DNA from: Lingula anatina
Lineage: Eukaryota; Animalia; Brachiopoda
DNA length: 64,000 bases
Assembly: GCA_051362555.1 (NCBI GenBank)
Contig: CM120640.1
Span: 37,653,967-37,717,966, forward strand
Direction of reading: 5' to 3'
A program made the translations under genes and the position numbers. This document shows positions 52,864 to 64,000 of the stretch, one piece after another (the first letter of the stretch is position 1; each line of letters opens with the position of its first letter). The notes beneath the pieces are model-generated. The model ran no database searches and was not told the origin of the DNA. It was given only the letters and a program-made list of their open reading frames with translations.

Positions 52864-55800
52864 CTAAACTAGCCTGTTTAAAATAATTTTCCACAGAAAA
52901 AGTTCTGTCATCATAATAATCCAGGGCGTTGTTTAGCGTTATTTTTTTTTTAATTTTAAAATATTTCTACTATTTCGATAGAAATGTAAAAGGTCTTTTG
53001 TCAGTTACTGTAGAGCCCTTTCTTGAAAATGGTTAAAAAACTCATTATGCAACCATGATGCATTTTAGTTAAAAATGCTGCTTTATAAAAGCTTGACAAA
53101 ATTTGATAATTTACCAATGGCAGCAAATTAAATTGAAATTAAATATGGATGAAATAACTCTCACATACGTTTCTATTGACATTGACATTCAACATCCTAT
53201 AAATTCAGAATTCTAGTTCACACCCTCACTCACCATCATGACATCCTATTCCCCAGGGGTTGTCCACACAGTGTTCAGGACATGCTCCTAGAGTCCGTTG
53301 ACATCTCTGTCCTTGTTTACAGAAACACCCAGTCACAGTGTCACACTGCCAGCCAAAGTAACCGTCAACTTCCATACAACACAGACATAGGTACACTGGT
53401 GTTAGAAAGAATAGATTAATAAACAGCAGACTTACACGATATTGCATCAAGCAAAATAACCACTGACTTCTAACGTTATCCGACATACTTTGATGACTGA
53501 CAATACACGTTCAAAGTAGAAAAAGAAAGAGTCATTGGCGATAAGTAATCCATAAATAACGCGAATCTGGGCTCCGTATCTCGAAAAGTTCGCTATGTTG
53601 CGCACGTGCAAGTGCGTCTCGATTCCATGGCCCCGTATCTCGAAATAGAATCGGTTATGGAATCGAGACACTAACGCTCGTGCGCAGCATAGCGAACCTT
53701 TCGAGATACGGAGCCCTGGTAATGCATGCACACGCTCGATCAGATTTGCTCATACATCTTTAAAGGATTTGAAATTAATTAGAATTATAAATATTGGAGC
53801 TCGCAGCTGCATTTACATTATTTGCATTTTCATTGATCCTAGATAAGGCATGTTAATGTTTTGTTTTGCGGTCGGATTTTTATTAGTCATTTCTGCTTAA
53901 CGGGATGTTCTTCTTGATCCAAAATACACCCTCGCTCGTCCAAACGCGTCCCTATTTGAAATAGAAACATAGTCATGAAACCTGAAGAATTCATTTTCAC
54001 TTCCTGGTTTTGTCCTGGCCTGGAATACCATTAAACATATGACGTTAACTACAAGTTCATCGGATACTTCTCTTTTCTGTTCGTAGCTTGGTGGCTGCAG
54101 TACTGGTTGTGATTTCTTCTTAGTGGTAGCTATGCATTGAACTGCTCACGTCTAAAAGAGGTCGGGGTTAACCAAGTAAAATGGCCACGAACAGGCAACA
54201 CCCTGGCTCCCAAATCAATTTTGGAATATGCAGACACTATGCATTTATATGTTGGATTAATTTTCACATTCACGTGAAGTACGTAGCATTAAATTCAGAC
54301 TGGTAGATCTCGACTTTTGTGAAAAAGAACTTATTTGAGAATGCATGTCCTGGGTCTCCCATTCCTAGGAACGCACGACCGAGGACATGATTTACTGGGA
54401 TTTAAAGCCCTGTGGACAGGCATCGATGTCCTAGTCGGACGTATTTTCCCAGCTTGACTAGTAATAGATGTCCTCTGACATTTTAAATTTCATATGGAAG
54501 ATGTATTAATTCTAGAAGATTTAAATGTGATGTTTAACAGTGTTATAACGCTTCATATAATTATTTTTTACATGTACCGCTATACACACGTTATTCGGTC
54601 AACTTAAGATATTTTAAATAAACGAAAAAATGACTACAAATTAAGATTAGATTTAGAATAGATATAGATTTTCATTATATTTTCGATTAATATGAATAAT
54701 ATGAGATTTGTACCATTCACTGCGCCTTTTGAAATATCCTGACCTCTTCACATTACATTAATGCCTTAATTTTTGTTAATCCACCAACCACATACAGCTG
54801 TATGTCTGGTGTACACAGCCTCGGATTTTGGGCTCGTGCCCCATTTCTAACCGATGTTTTTGTCCTTCATACACATCACATTGTACGTCTCACAGGGTGT
54901 TGTGACGACCCGATATGTCCGACAGGCCAGATATGTCCTATGACCAGAGAACAGGCCAGATATGTCCGACAAAAAAGAGCCAGATGTGTCCGACAGGCCA
55001 GATATGTCCAACAAAAAAAAGCCAGATATGTCCGACAGGCCAGATATGTCCGACAAAAAAAAAAAGCCCGTTGTGTCCGACATATCTGGCCTGTCGGACA
55101 CATCTGGCTATTTTTGTCGGACATACATTTATCTGGCCTTCTCTGGTCGTAGGACATATCTGGCCTGATCGGACATATCGGGTCGTCACAGATGTTATTC
55201 GGTGAAATGAGAATACATGTACGTGAAAAATACACTGCCACCCTCTCGCGATATTCACACTTGTAGGCCCCCAATGTTTTGAAGACATCTCGATGACGCT
55301 CGAGGTGTACTGGTACAGGTATAAATATCTAAGTAAGTAAGTAAGTTTATTAAGACATGGCAACCAAAAGGTTGAAGTTATACATAAAATGGAGTTAGAA
55401 TAAAATTTACAAATTAAAATATTGATATATAATATAGGATATACGAATAGAACTTAATGAGATAAAAAATGATAATATAAAATAAATAAATAAAATAAAT
55501 TTTTGCACAGGCATCTGAAAGTTAGTTTAAAAGAGGATGGAGTAATGAAAATGAAATACAATAAAGGCCGAAATGAGTTTCAAAAAGTAAAACTCTGACC
55601 ACTAATGGTTTAATAAAGAGAAAGGAATAAAAGTGTTTTTAAAACGTTCAGTTCTAATTTTTGGTATGTTAAACTTTGACAGGCTATTTCTTAGTCTCCT
55701 GTGTGGATTGCAGGTTAAAAGGTAGTTCAGCTTGTCTGTGTCATTTTGTATTTTTGCAAAGAACGATTTGCAGAGTTCAAATCTGCGCTCTTTTAATGTA

Positions 55801-58007
55801 ATAAGTTAACTGTTTTCCTTTGGCTAGAGCATCAACATAAGTTAATTCAGGGAAAATGATCCTAAGTGCCCTTGACTGGATGGATTCTATTATTTTACAT
55901 TGTTCTCCAGTTAATCCAGGGTGCCAGACAGAACAAGAATATTCAACCACAGTCCGAATTAAACTCTGATATACCTGAACAAGATCAGATGAGGACAGTT
56001 TAGCACAGCTAAACTAAAGCTAAGCTGGCGCAGAAAAAAAACAATCGTGTGCATGCTTTTTTATAGATAAAATCAACATGTTCAGACCATTTAAGATTGT
56101 TAGTGATAAAAACTCCCAACAATTTGAAATGGAATACTTCACTGACACGACTTCCTCTGATATTAACCGATTGACATTTTGTCTCTGATTGTGTAAAGTT
56201 TACTGTCATAGCTTTTGTTTTGGTGGCATTTAGTCTCATATTATTTCTTTAAATAATAAGGGTGACAGCGATAATCATTCCATACTTGGCGCCTTGGTGA
56301 TCACTGGGACTTTGTAGTTCCAGGGACATATGCAGTTTGAGACGTGTATTATTGCATGGGAAATAAATTGAATATGTCTGTTATTGTTTATACATGCATT
56401 TCTACTATTAGTCTTAACATTCTTCTGAGCGCAAGTTTTGCCCCCCATATGATATCTTGTGATATCTGAAATGTTGGCCCTGGTTCCCGAATTACCCACT
56501 TGGATTGTTTGTGTTTTAGGTGAATGTAGAAAGTATAGGCTCTTATACACTGTAGTCCGTCCACCTCCAATAAAACTCAGCCACGACCTCGTATAGTCTC
56601 AACCTATATATCGTAATGAAAATGATCAAAAAGTACAGATATAAAGTTGTGAGCGTAATGAATACATTGTACCTTTCATAACTGATACAGTATACATCTG
56701 TTAAGAGGTTAAACAGCGTAAGTAAGAGAGTTAAAGAGTGCATGTGTTGTTCAATACTGACAACAGGATGATACAATGAAAAATCTGTATTAATAGAAAT
56801 TGCAACCTAAGATCAAGTAACATACCATTGCCTAATAAGAGAATGATTACAATTTGGTAATGACGTAATGATGGAAAGTTATGGAAAAAGGGATAATCAT
56901 AGGCATTGTGTAAGAGCTGAGGAATTATTACATTACCACATAAGGTAATGTAGGAGAAAGACTTTGTGATACATCATGACATTGGAATGACGATCTGTAG
57001 GATAAAAGAGAATACATTATAACTGGAAAATAAGAATATAAGAATAAATCTTTTAGGCTCCCCAAAAAGATGTATGTTCTTCATTTATAGTACAGGCGAA
57101 ATAGCGGTACTATATATATATATATATATGTGTTAATTAAAAAAAATTCTCAAATATCGGGTCGTCACAGTATACAGTATATTGTATAACAGTATTATAT
57201 GCGTTTAATTCGTTGAAATGGTGAATAAATTATTATTAGCATTTAGAGCAAAACACCGGTGTAGCGGATACGACGTAACTTTTCTCTGCGTTGTTGGTTA
57301 TTCATCCAGCCTCCTTACTCATGAGCCTGTGTGGACGCTGCTGCCAACCTACTGTAGATTACCGATACTTATGGCCCTGTGTTTACTGTTTACAATAATT
57401 GCACGGACATTAATTATTTAGGATTTGCGTTTCTGTGTATATTTGAAAGGAAATTATGTCCGACGGCTGGGAATCTAGGTCCGGGTAAGACAGTACATCC
57501 TAGGGAACAAACGTCCATAGGACATGTTTTCCCAGGAACGGAGGTCCCACGGACCTCCGTTCCTGGGGACATGCATTCCTTGACGCCAGGTCCACCTAAC
57601 AGTCAGTTTACCACCTAACAGTCAGTTTTTTTTATTGCGTTAGAGTAGTAAATACAGGGGTATATACAAGAAAAGTGATTAGTTCTCAGGCAACACACAT
57701 GCTTCGACTGTTAGGTTATAGGTATTCATTCCGCTATTTTCGTAAAATCTTCGTTTGTTTTTCGAGACCGGTCTGGTCATAACAGTGAGTACATCCCTTA
57801 AGTCAAGAATAGCAGACAAACGTTACAAATGTAAAAAAATGCACTACTAGTATGACAAGACGTTTAATTCTAATGTACTTAAACTTTATCTCTCTAATAT
57901 CATTTAATTAATTACTGGTATTTTACATGTAATAATTTGTTCGCTTTACCTGTAAAAAATATCATCCAGACAACCAGGAAGCAAGTTGTCCTCGACAAGG
58001 CAGCCAT
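33231..58007 (-). CDS. Receptor-type protein tyrosine phosphatase A (SP-EGF-FTLD-FTLD-EGF-3xFN3-TM-PTP D1-PTP D2), 30 exons, about 1391 aa
   Basis: Exons (minus): 57950-58007, 53234-53395, 52540-52773, 52182-52394, 51639-51860, 50791-51009, 49637-49780, 43133-43447, 42881-42963, 42246-42474, 41810-42024, 41554-41626, 41186-41294, 40852-40913, 40575-40738, 40249-40336, 40032-40108, 39659-39695, 39372-39469, 39006-39125, 38676-38836, 38310-38445, 37885-38031, 36997-37096, 36666-36739, 36218-36352, 35669-35797, 34970-35127, 34436-34571, 33231-33308. All GT-AG, phase-compatible, total 4176 nt. Motifs [60 protein letters not shown]. Confidence 0.92.
33487..34349. mobile_element. Solo LTR (863 bp) in last intron of RPTP A
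   Basis: TGTAA...TTACA termini, perfect 5-bp TSD CACGG (33482-86, 34350-54), AATAAA near the 3' end. The paralogous intron (about 61250) shows the empty site ttcacggcctc. Confidence 0.85.
35376..35649. mobile_element. Non-autonomous TIR element (CACTA/EnSpm-like), copy 2
   Basis: (t)ccttaacaaaat ... attttgctaaggg, TT flanks, tttgc sub-repeats; its size accounts for the extra length of this intron versus paralogue B. Confidence 0.65.
35873..36090 (+). mobile_element. 5'-truncated 3'-UTR copy of the CR1-like LINE at 55330-56245
   Basis: Reverse complement of about 55330-55535 (ttcaggtgcctgtgcaaaaat...ttttggttgccatgtc..aataaac) with a short repeat tail. Confidence 0.8.
37885..40336 (-). CDS. 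RPTP A: catalytic D1 domain exons
   Basis: PTP-typical small exons (88, 77, 37, 98, 136 nt) and intact WPD, HCSAGVGR and Q-loop motifs. Confidence 0.95.
41186..43447 (-). CDS. RPTP A: three FN3 domains and transmembrane exon
   Basis: SLTITW...[12 protein letters not shown]; [16 protein letters not shown]; [39 protein letters not shown]; [25 protein letters not shown] followed by KRRR. Confidence 0.9.
44044..47742. mobile_element. Probable solo LTR (about 1.2 kb) interrupted by a Sola-like transposon
   Basis: TGTAGCAAATG...CATTTGGCTACA termini, AATAAA about 85 bp from the right end, internal ~95-bp tandem duplication (44325-44540). TSD imperfect (ttta/taaa). Confidence 0.55.
44896..47362. 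mobile_element. Non-autonomous Sola-like DNA transposon (2.47 kb)
   Basis: 29-bp TIRs (cggccattccacgaaaaggggtacaattc, 27/29 identical), 4-bp TSD AGGG, six internal direct motifs cgt(t/a)acggaggttag. Confidence 0.8.
48130..49200 (-). pseudogene. Decayed Tc1/mariner transposase
   Basis: Minus-strand translation gives SVVCFSNE (cf. V.FSDES), [17 protein letters not shown] (cf. WPS.SPDLNPIE.LW) and [14 protein letters not shown] (cf. MP.R..AVI.A.GG), with many stops and frameshifts. Confidence 0.75.
49637..53395 (-). CDS. RPTP A: EGF-like, two F-type lectin (fucolectin/F5-8C-like) domains, EGF-like
   Basis: [33 protein letters not shown]; [44 protein letters not shown]; flanking Cys-rich GYFGWQC..C.C..C..G.C and C..GPEC..CNC..C..G.C..GC..GW.G..CQ. 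Confidence 0.88.
53570..53715. mobile_element. Harbinger-type foldback MITE (146 bp)
   Basis: About 60-bp inverted arms starting ggctccgtatctcgaaa; TSD CTG on both sides. Confidence 0.85.
54901..55190. mobile_element. Palindromic MITE with TGT...ACA ends and internal gccagatatgtccgaca sub-repeats
   Basis: TIR tgtgacgacccgatatgtccga / tcggacatatcgggtcgtcaca; explains the six overlapping repetitive ORFs here. Confidence 0.85.
55330..56245 (-). mobile_element. CR1/L2-clade LINE 3' fragment (RT C-terminal region, 3' UTR, (CTTA)n tail)
   Basis: [79 protein letters not shown]; frameshifts; AATAAA then (CTTA)n. Confidence 0.9.
57950..58007 (-). CDS. RPTP A first coding exon (signal peptide)
   Basis: [19 protein letters not shown], donor G|gtaaag; phase 1 joins to [12 protein letters not shown]. 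Confidence 0.75.
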
Positions 58008-59763
58008 CTCTTCTTTCTTTATCACTCATAGTTGACACATACCATAGCGCATTGCTGTTGTGTTACCGGTATTGTCCCTCGGGTAGGGTGACAAAAGAAA
58101 ATTTCTCTACGGGCTTGAGGATGAAAAAGCAGAACAAACATACTTGCAACTGGTGATGTCTTTTTAGATTGGGGTCGGGGAGTTGAATAGGATGTTAAGA
58201 AATGAAATCTGATATATATGGCTGTGTGTCCACGGTGTGACTGATATGACGCATGCATAGCAATAATTTTCGCGTAACATACACAATTGCATTGTCCGAA
58301 AAATTGTGGCTATTGATGTAATGTAAATATGTTGTTCTCGAGACATCAGGTGGTGTAGGCCTATATTATGCTTTCCTTTCAACTATTCTGAATCGATTAT
58401 GTATATCGTTGCTCAAAATAATGATTATACGTAATAAAATCCATTTTGTTCCAAATATCAAATTTTCGTGTTAGTCTTCTTAACCCAGCCTTCTTACCCT
58501 TTAGCCATGTCTCAGATGTTTGACGAGTGTCCGGTTCACAGCTTGAAGGGAAAGAGAAGCAAATGATGAGGTCGCAATCCTGTAGCAATGGCGATGACAG
58601 ACCAAGTGTGGGTTCTTCTGACAACGTTGATGATGATACTGTTAGTGCTAGCGTCAGCAGCTTTCTGCGACCTGTGGATTTGCCAGGAGCTTCACTGTCA
58701 GTCGCAGCTCCTTCCTAGAGTACTCTTATCAGTTCACCTAGAAACGCCAAGCCGCCTGCAAGGTGGCAATGTTGGCTTTGCTGATGACCACATCACTGAA
58801 CGCACCTATGTGGTTCCTTAGACCAATGTCAGTGGGTCCCGACATGACTTAAGCTAGAATTTGGTGCAGTTCAGGTCTCATCTACTACAACTAAATACTT
58901 AATATTAAGGTATAAACGCCCCTTTTAAAGACAAGCCAGCATGCCCCTGACACTTTTTGCATGTCCCAAACACTTATTTCTACTTTTGAACTGCCATCCA
59001 TTGACATGTACTCATATTTGGCATAGGTCATTTCAAACGACCATCGATTACTGTAGGGAAGAGAGAAGCTGGAATATCAACATATGTAGAGCTTCAAACA
59101 CCTATAACATTGTTAAACCCCACTCTTCGGTAGCTTCTGATGAATTGTTTTGATATCTTATGCAGCGAGAAATTCTTTTTTATGGCCTCTTTCGCTTAGT
59201 GATTTTTATACATTTCTCGTACACCTCTGCATTACCTCGGGTCAGCGAATTTGACACTGGTGTCTATTTCAATTATTTGTTAGCCTTTTGTTGCCAAAAT
59301 TTCCATTTCTTACCCCTAAATGTTTGAAAAGTTGTTGTAAAAAAGCAAAAGGTTACACAGGCTGGCAATATTCAATATTTATTATAAATTATATCAGAGT
59401 TGACATATGGCTAGGTTTTTATGTCCTACATGCTACATTGCGCACAGCAGTTACATATTGTATATTGAAGATAACCAGAAAGCATGCTTCGTACAGTCTG
59501 CTAAATATATCCTTTCTATTTTTCAGAGATAAAATAATCGATTTCATCTTTCAGCACCTCATGTAGGTTTTACTAAAATGCTGCATGGTGCTGTTTGAAT
59601 AATCTCACCCGCCCTCCCACAGGTCGCTATTGTGAATAAAAAGATATTCGGTATTTGCGTGTTATGAGTGAATCCGTGAATTTGCAACCAGCAAACAACA
59701 CTGTACATGGGAGGGTGAATCGATTAGGTGGTTTCTAGACTAAATGTATGATATGAAGAGTAA

Positions 59764-59985
59764 AGCCCCCTTTACACTGAACGGCGTCCTTTCTGCGTCC
59801 TGTAGTACGGTCCCGTTTGAGAGTCAAAAATAATAATAATTTACGTGCCGGAAAATGGGCGATCATTAAGCATTCATTCTGCAACTAAAGCAATGATTGT
59901 GCCTCCTTATTACGGCCACAGTGATGGCAGTTTCATCTATCTCACAAAAGACGCAGAAAGGACGCCGTCCAGTGTAAAGGGGGTT
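59764..59985. mobile_element. PIF/Harbinger (Tourist-like) MITE
   Basis: About 36-bp TIRs agccccctttacactgaacggcgtcctttctgcgtc, TSD TAA. Confidence 0.88.
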
Positions 59986-61003
59986 TAAGTAGTTGCTCCA
60001 TTACAGAAAATCGTGAGCACCTTGCGCATTCATTTGTCTATATCAGTCTCTGTTATCAGGAATATATATTTAAAAAAAACCCTCCCCCTTTCTCACCTAC
60101 AATATTTACCCACCCATAGGTTGCCGTAAGGTACTACCTGTAGTAACATGTACTATGAAATAATTACATTGCACATCGTAGAACGAGTCATGTCAAGCGA
60201 ATTAGCCTATTCTCTTATCCATTTACATTGTACGCAGCCACTTGATACTATAACTCTTTCTTTCAAGGATCATAGAGACTTACTTATACTAACATTTTTC
60301 AATCTCTCAACTTTTCTTATTTGTTAATCGCGCGCAAATGCGTTTGTTGATTCCAGCAGGTAGAAATGCTGGATCAAGCAGCTTTTTGTGGTCCTTTGAG
60401 TATAAAGATATCTTCCTGAAGGAATGAGAATTTCCCGAGAGATGACCATGTTCGACCGAGTGATTGTTCTATGAGAACTGCTCAGGTGCGTGCACCCTCC
60501 CCTGGTACCTTTTCTATTAGAAATGGCAGGCACAAGGCATATTCGAGGGGTTTTAACGCCCTTTTTTTTCTCCTCTATCAAAAGCTACCGACAAAAAACA
60601 ACCACAGTTCTACCATCATAAGTCCTGAATAACATGTACTAGTACATATCTTATATGTAGTAAACTAATAATAAACTATATGTTTTTACTAATGGCGTTA
60701 AATGCAGGAATATAAAGCTCTTCCTTAATTCCTCGGTTACATGCATGTCTATTGCGTAGCTTACACTAAACTTAGACTATGAACACCGCTCTCAGTATGT
60801 GTGTCAGTGATCCTTTCTCTCCTCCCAAAGAAATAGAAGGCTATAGGGAAAAGCAAGTTGTGCCGTTATTCCCCTATCTAAAGACATTGTTGCTTAAAAT
60901 AAACGACAGTTGATTGCAAGTAAAGAATTTGCACTGAGTAAATTAGGGAGCATTTGTTTTCTGTCTTCTTATGAAGGTAACGTGTTCAGTTTCCTTTAAA
61001 ATC

Positions 61004-63706
61004 TTACACCTGGAAGTTGGCGTATGTGTCGAACCTGTGGGCGTATTCTTCAACCACTTCATAGCAAAAGTAATACTGCTCCTACAAGATAAAAACACTG
61101 TATGTACTTGCATGTTAAGCATATTTGACAAATATATAACTGTAACGGATTTGAAGAGGAAGGGGTATCTGTTAAGTATGTCAATTTTAAGTGTTAAATT
61201 TTGTGCAATGTCAAGTACCAGTATGGCGACACTACCTCTTCTGTGTATTCACGGCCTCGCCTTACAGTATATCATTCTAAACAGATGAGCATACCGTGTA
61301 TGACAAACAGTTGTGCAAGTATGTACCTTGCTATCGATCAGCTGTGGTCTGTTTTGTCTGACAGCCTTCACCGTGTGGAAGACATCCACTTCCTGCTCCA
61401 CCTTCAGCTTGTCCAGTATGCGAGCCACGGCACAGAATAACCCGCTCTGGTGGGCACCGTTCCTTTATTATAAAAAAAAGATAATGTCATTTCTTTGGGT
61501 AGATTTAAAATAGATAACAATTGTACAGATATGGCCGGATTCTTGAAAAGAAGATGGGCATATTATCATGAAGCTGCATGTTTGTTTCATAAAATTTTCA
61601 TCAAAATACATTTATTAGATGCGGTTTCCCATTTTTAAATACACGGCAACAAATACTCAATAGTCTGTGTCATGAGCAAAATGTTCATCAGCTTGATAGT
61701 TTGACCACATAAAACATGTACCGGTTCTAAGGATTTTAAACACAAGCTAAAATTTCCCTTCCGTTTTAATTCGCTCAGGGCATTTATGACCAACCTGGTC
61801 GAAGACCTTCAACAGAATAACCAGCGGTAGTAGGTGATTACACATACCTATACATCAGTCTGATGAAGGCATCGGATCAGGTCAACCGCATAAACTAGCG
61901 ATAGGGGATTCCAGATTGTATTCATAAACCTTATTATTAGATGAAAGCCTGTATTATTTAACTTACATGCAGTGAACAGTTATGGAAGTGTTTCCACTTT
62001 TTTGTTGCCATTGTTGAACTGCGTCAAACAGCTCAAGAAACGCACGCGGTGATGGCGGCAATGGTTCTGATGTCATCCAGTCATGAAACTGGAATTGGCA
62101 GACAGTTCTTGGAGGGCCGGAGTGCTAAATGGTTCAAAGAAATGATAAACCAGACTGTCGTTGTAACTAAATATTTTGTCCTATTTAATTGTCGTTTTTT
62201 ATATAATATAATACAACCTTACGATATATTATTATTGGTCGATTCACAATCCGACCTGGGTGTTAATGGTTTCTCTCTCAATCGAACACTGGTCCTTAAG
62301 AGAGAAATCGACAATCAGCGCAAAATTCCTACCAATGTAAATCATAACTGTAATGGTATCTGTTTCACGAAAAATATACTTACTCGCTTTGAACTAACCA
62401 GCTTCAACTCCCTTACGGTAATAGATTCCCCAATCTGACGCATAGAAATCACTTCGACAGTGAAATGACCATAAGTAGTCGGCTCCTCTACTGGCCAGTA
62501 CACAGCACTTGTCTGAAAAAAAAAAGCCAACTTAGCTACTAAATATGTTATCAGGAAATGGGGGACAAATATAAAATGTATAATAAAGAAACTTGCTTTA
62601 AAAGAACCAACCGCGTATGATGTGGTTATTAACATTCTAAAATTGGCTTTAGCAACCAACATCTGTGAGTAGTGCAAAAGTAGGTCCAACTAAACCCATT
62701 CGATATAATTGTATTTTCTACCTTGCTATCTTCGTTCGTTTCATTCAGCATAACTATAGTCGCACAATGCTGGTCAAACAACATACTCCAGAAGTCAACC
62801 ACCGTATGAGGCAGAGGCATCTGCGTCACGATATAGGCATCTTGGCGTTGGTAACCCTAAAACAGTAAGATTTCTGATAAAGGGTTCGTGATTGATTTAC
62901 AGAATTTGGTTTTTATAATATGTCAATAATATATCACAGAATTCTTTTCCCTGAAGATTTTGCAGAATGTTAAGATATGTCTATTATTCAGGTAAAATCA
63001 AACTTGAAAAAATAAAAAAAAACAATACTCACAAATGCATCATCCACTCTGTTTGTATAGTGTTGTATTGTATTGTATTGTCATTTATGAACAGAGCAGA
63101 TGAAATATATTTTAGTAAAATTATACCTGCACAGTTAGATTTATCGTTGTCTAAATAAAATTTTGATGATACTTCATGATTAATATACTTTAACCGTACA
63201 TCTATGAACACGGCATTAATGTAATCAGTGCTGTCCTTCACGTATGACACAAGGTATGGTCTGCAGTGGTTACCTTAAAAAATAGTCCAAATTCTCTCAT
63301 AATCCAAAGTCTTTATAAATACAACAAGATCTAAGATTTTTTCTTTTGATTCTTAAAAAGTAGGAGTGAACAAAAAGTACATATATCTGCAAGTGTATGT
63401 AGATGTATACTAGTACATTTGTACGAGCAATGAAAGGGGTAAAAGACACGGGCCGATAAACTTAAAGTAATAATAAAGTAACAATAAAGAAATGTAGAAC
63501 ATGAAAGTAAAACTGAAGAGGGCTGTTTAAATGATACCTGCTACAATATTCCTCACTCTATTCTTATCAATGTTGATAGGTTCTAAGGCCGTCTTGATGG
63601 AGCTTTCGTCTATTTCAGGCAACATAAGGTTCAGTATCTGCTCGGCAGGCAGAAAAAGATAATCATGTACCGGCATAAAACAACAACTACGACGACAACA
63701 ACAACA

Positions 63707-63751
<45 letters not shown>

Positions 63752-64000
63752 GTATATGGTTAAATATTCAAAGCTACCCACACCATCCATCCATCAGCTG
63801 GCACCATGCATGACCAGAGTTTCTCACATTAATCTAAACTTAACCCAAGGCTTGGGAAAATGATAATCAATAACGGCCTACCACAAACTCTTCTTCCATT
63901 TTGGTCAGTCCCGACTTGTTTCTTCGTCTCAGTTTCTGCAGACGAGTGGCAAAGTCTTGCACTGGTATAGAGGTTAAACCACAGTGCAGTTCTTCTAACA
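61004..64000 (-). CDS. RPTP B (tandem paralogue of RPTP A), 3' exons only; continues beyond window
   Basis: Exons 63882->64000, 63538-63637, 63200-63273, 62722-62856, 62384-62512, 61967-62124, 61327-61462, 61004-61081. Same sizes as RPTP A exons 24-30 and near-identical peptide ([20 protein letters not shown]). Confidence 0.92.

Noticed and set aside
54802-55363. Six overlapping repetitive ORFs (PDMSD/GHIW/QICPT repeats)
   Set aside because: Artefact of a stop-poor palindromic MITE.
63527-63790. ORF with poly-Tyr/Cys tract
   Set aside because: Translation of an intronic (AAT)n/(CAA)n microsatellite; only 63538-63637 is exonic.

Overview
AT-rich eukaryotic genomic DNA with GT-AG introns, microsatellites and many TE relics. 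It is probably an invertebrate (lophotrochozoan/mollusc-like; inference). The right half holds a tandem pair of minus-strand receptor-type protein tyrosine phosphatase (RPTP) genes. One could be assembled by hand as a complete, phase-consistent 30-exon model (33231-58007, about 1391 aa): signal peptide, EGF-like, two F-type (fucose) lectin domains, EGF-like, three FN3, TM, active PTP D1, pseudophosphatase D2 and a PTPalpha-like YANF tail. The 3' exons of a close paralogue run off the right edge (61004->64000). The left half holds two small plus-strand genes, largely missed by the ORF track, that look like secreted prepropeptide (neuropeptide/hormone-like) precursors with several candidate terminal exons. 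TEs include Harbinger elements/MITEs, a Sola-like element nested in a solo LTR, a second solo LTR with 5-bp TSD, a Tc1 fossil, CR1-like LINE fragments, a Helentron/HINE and an unclassified modular 96-bp-unit repeat. All models were read by eye without database searches.
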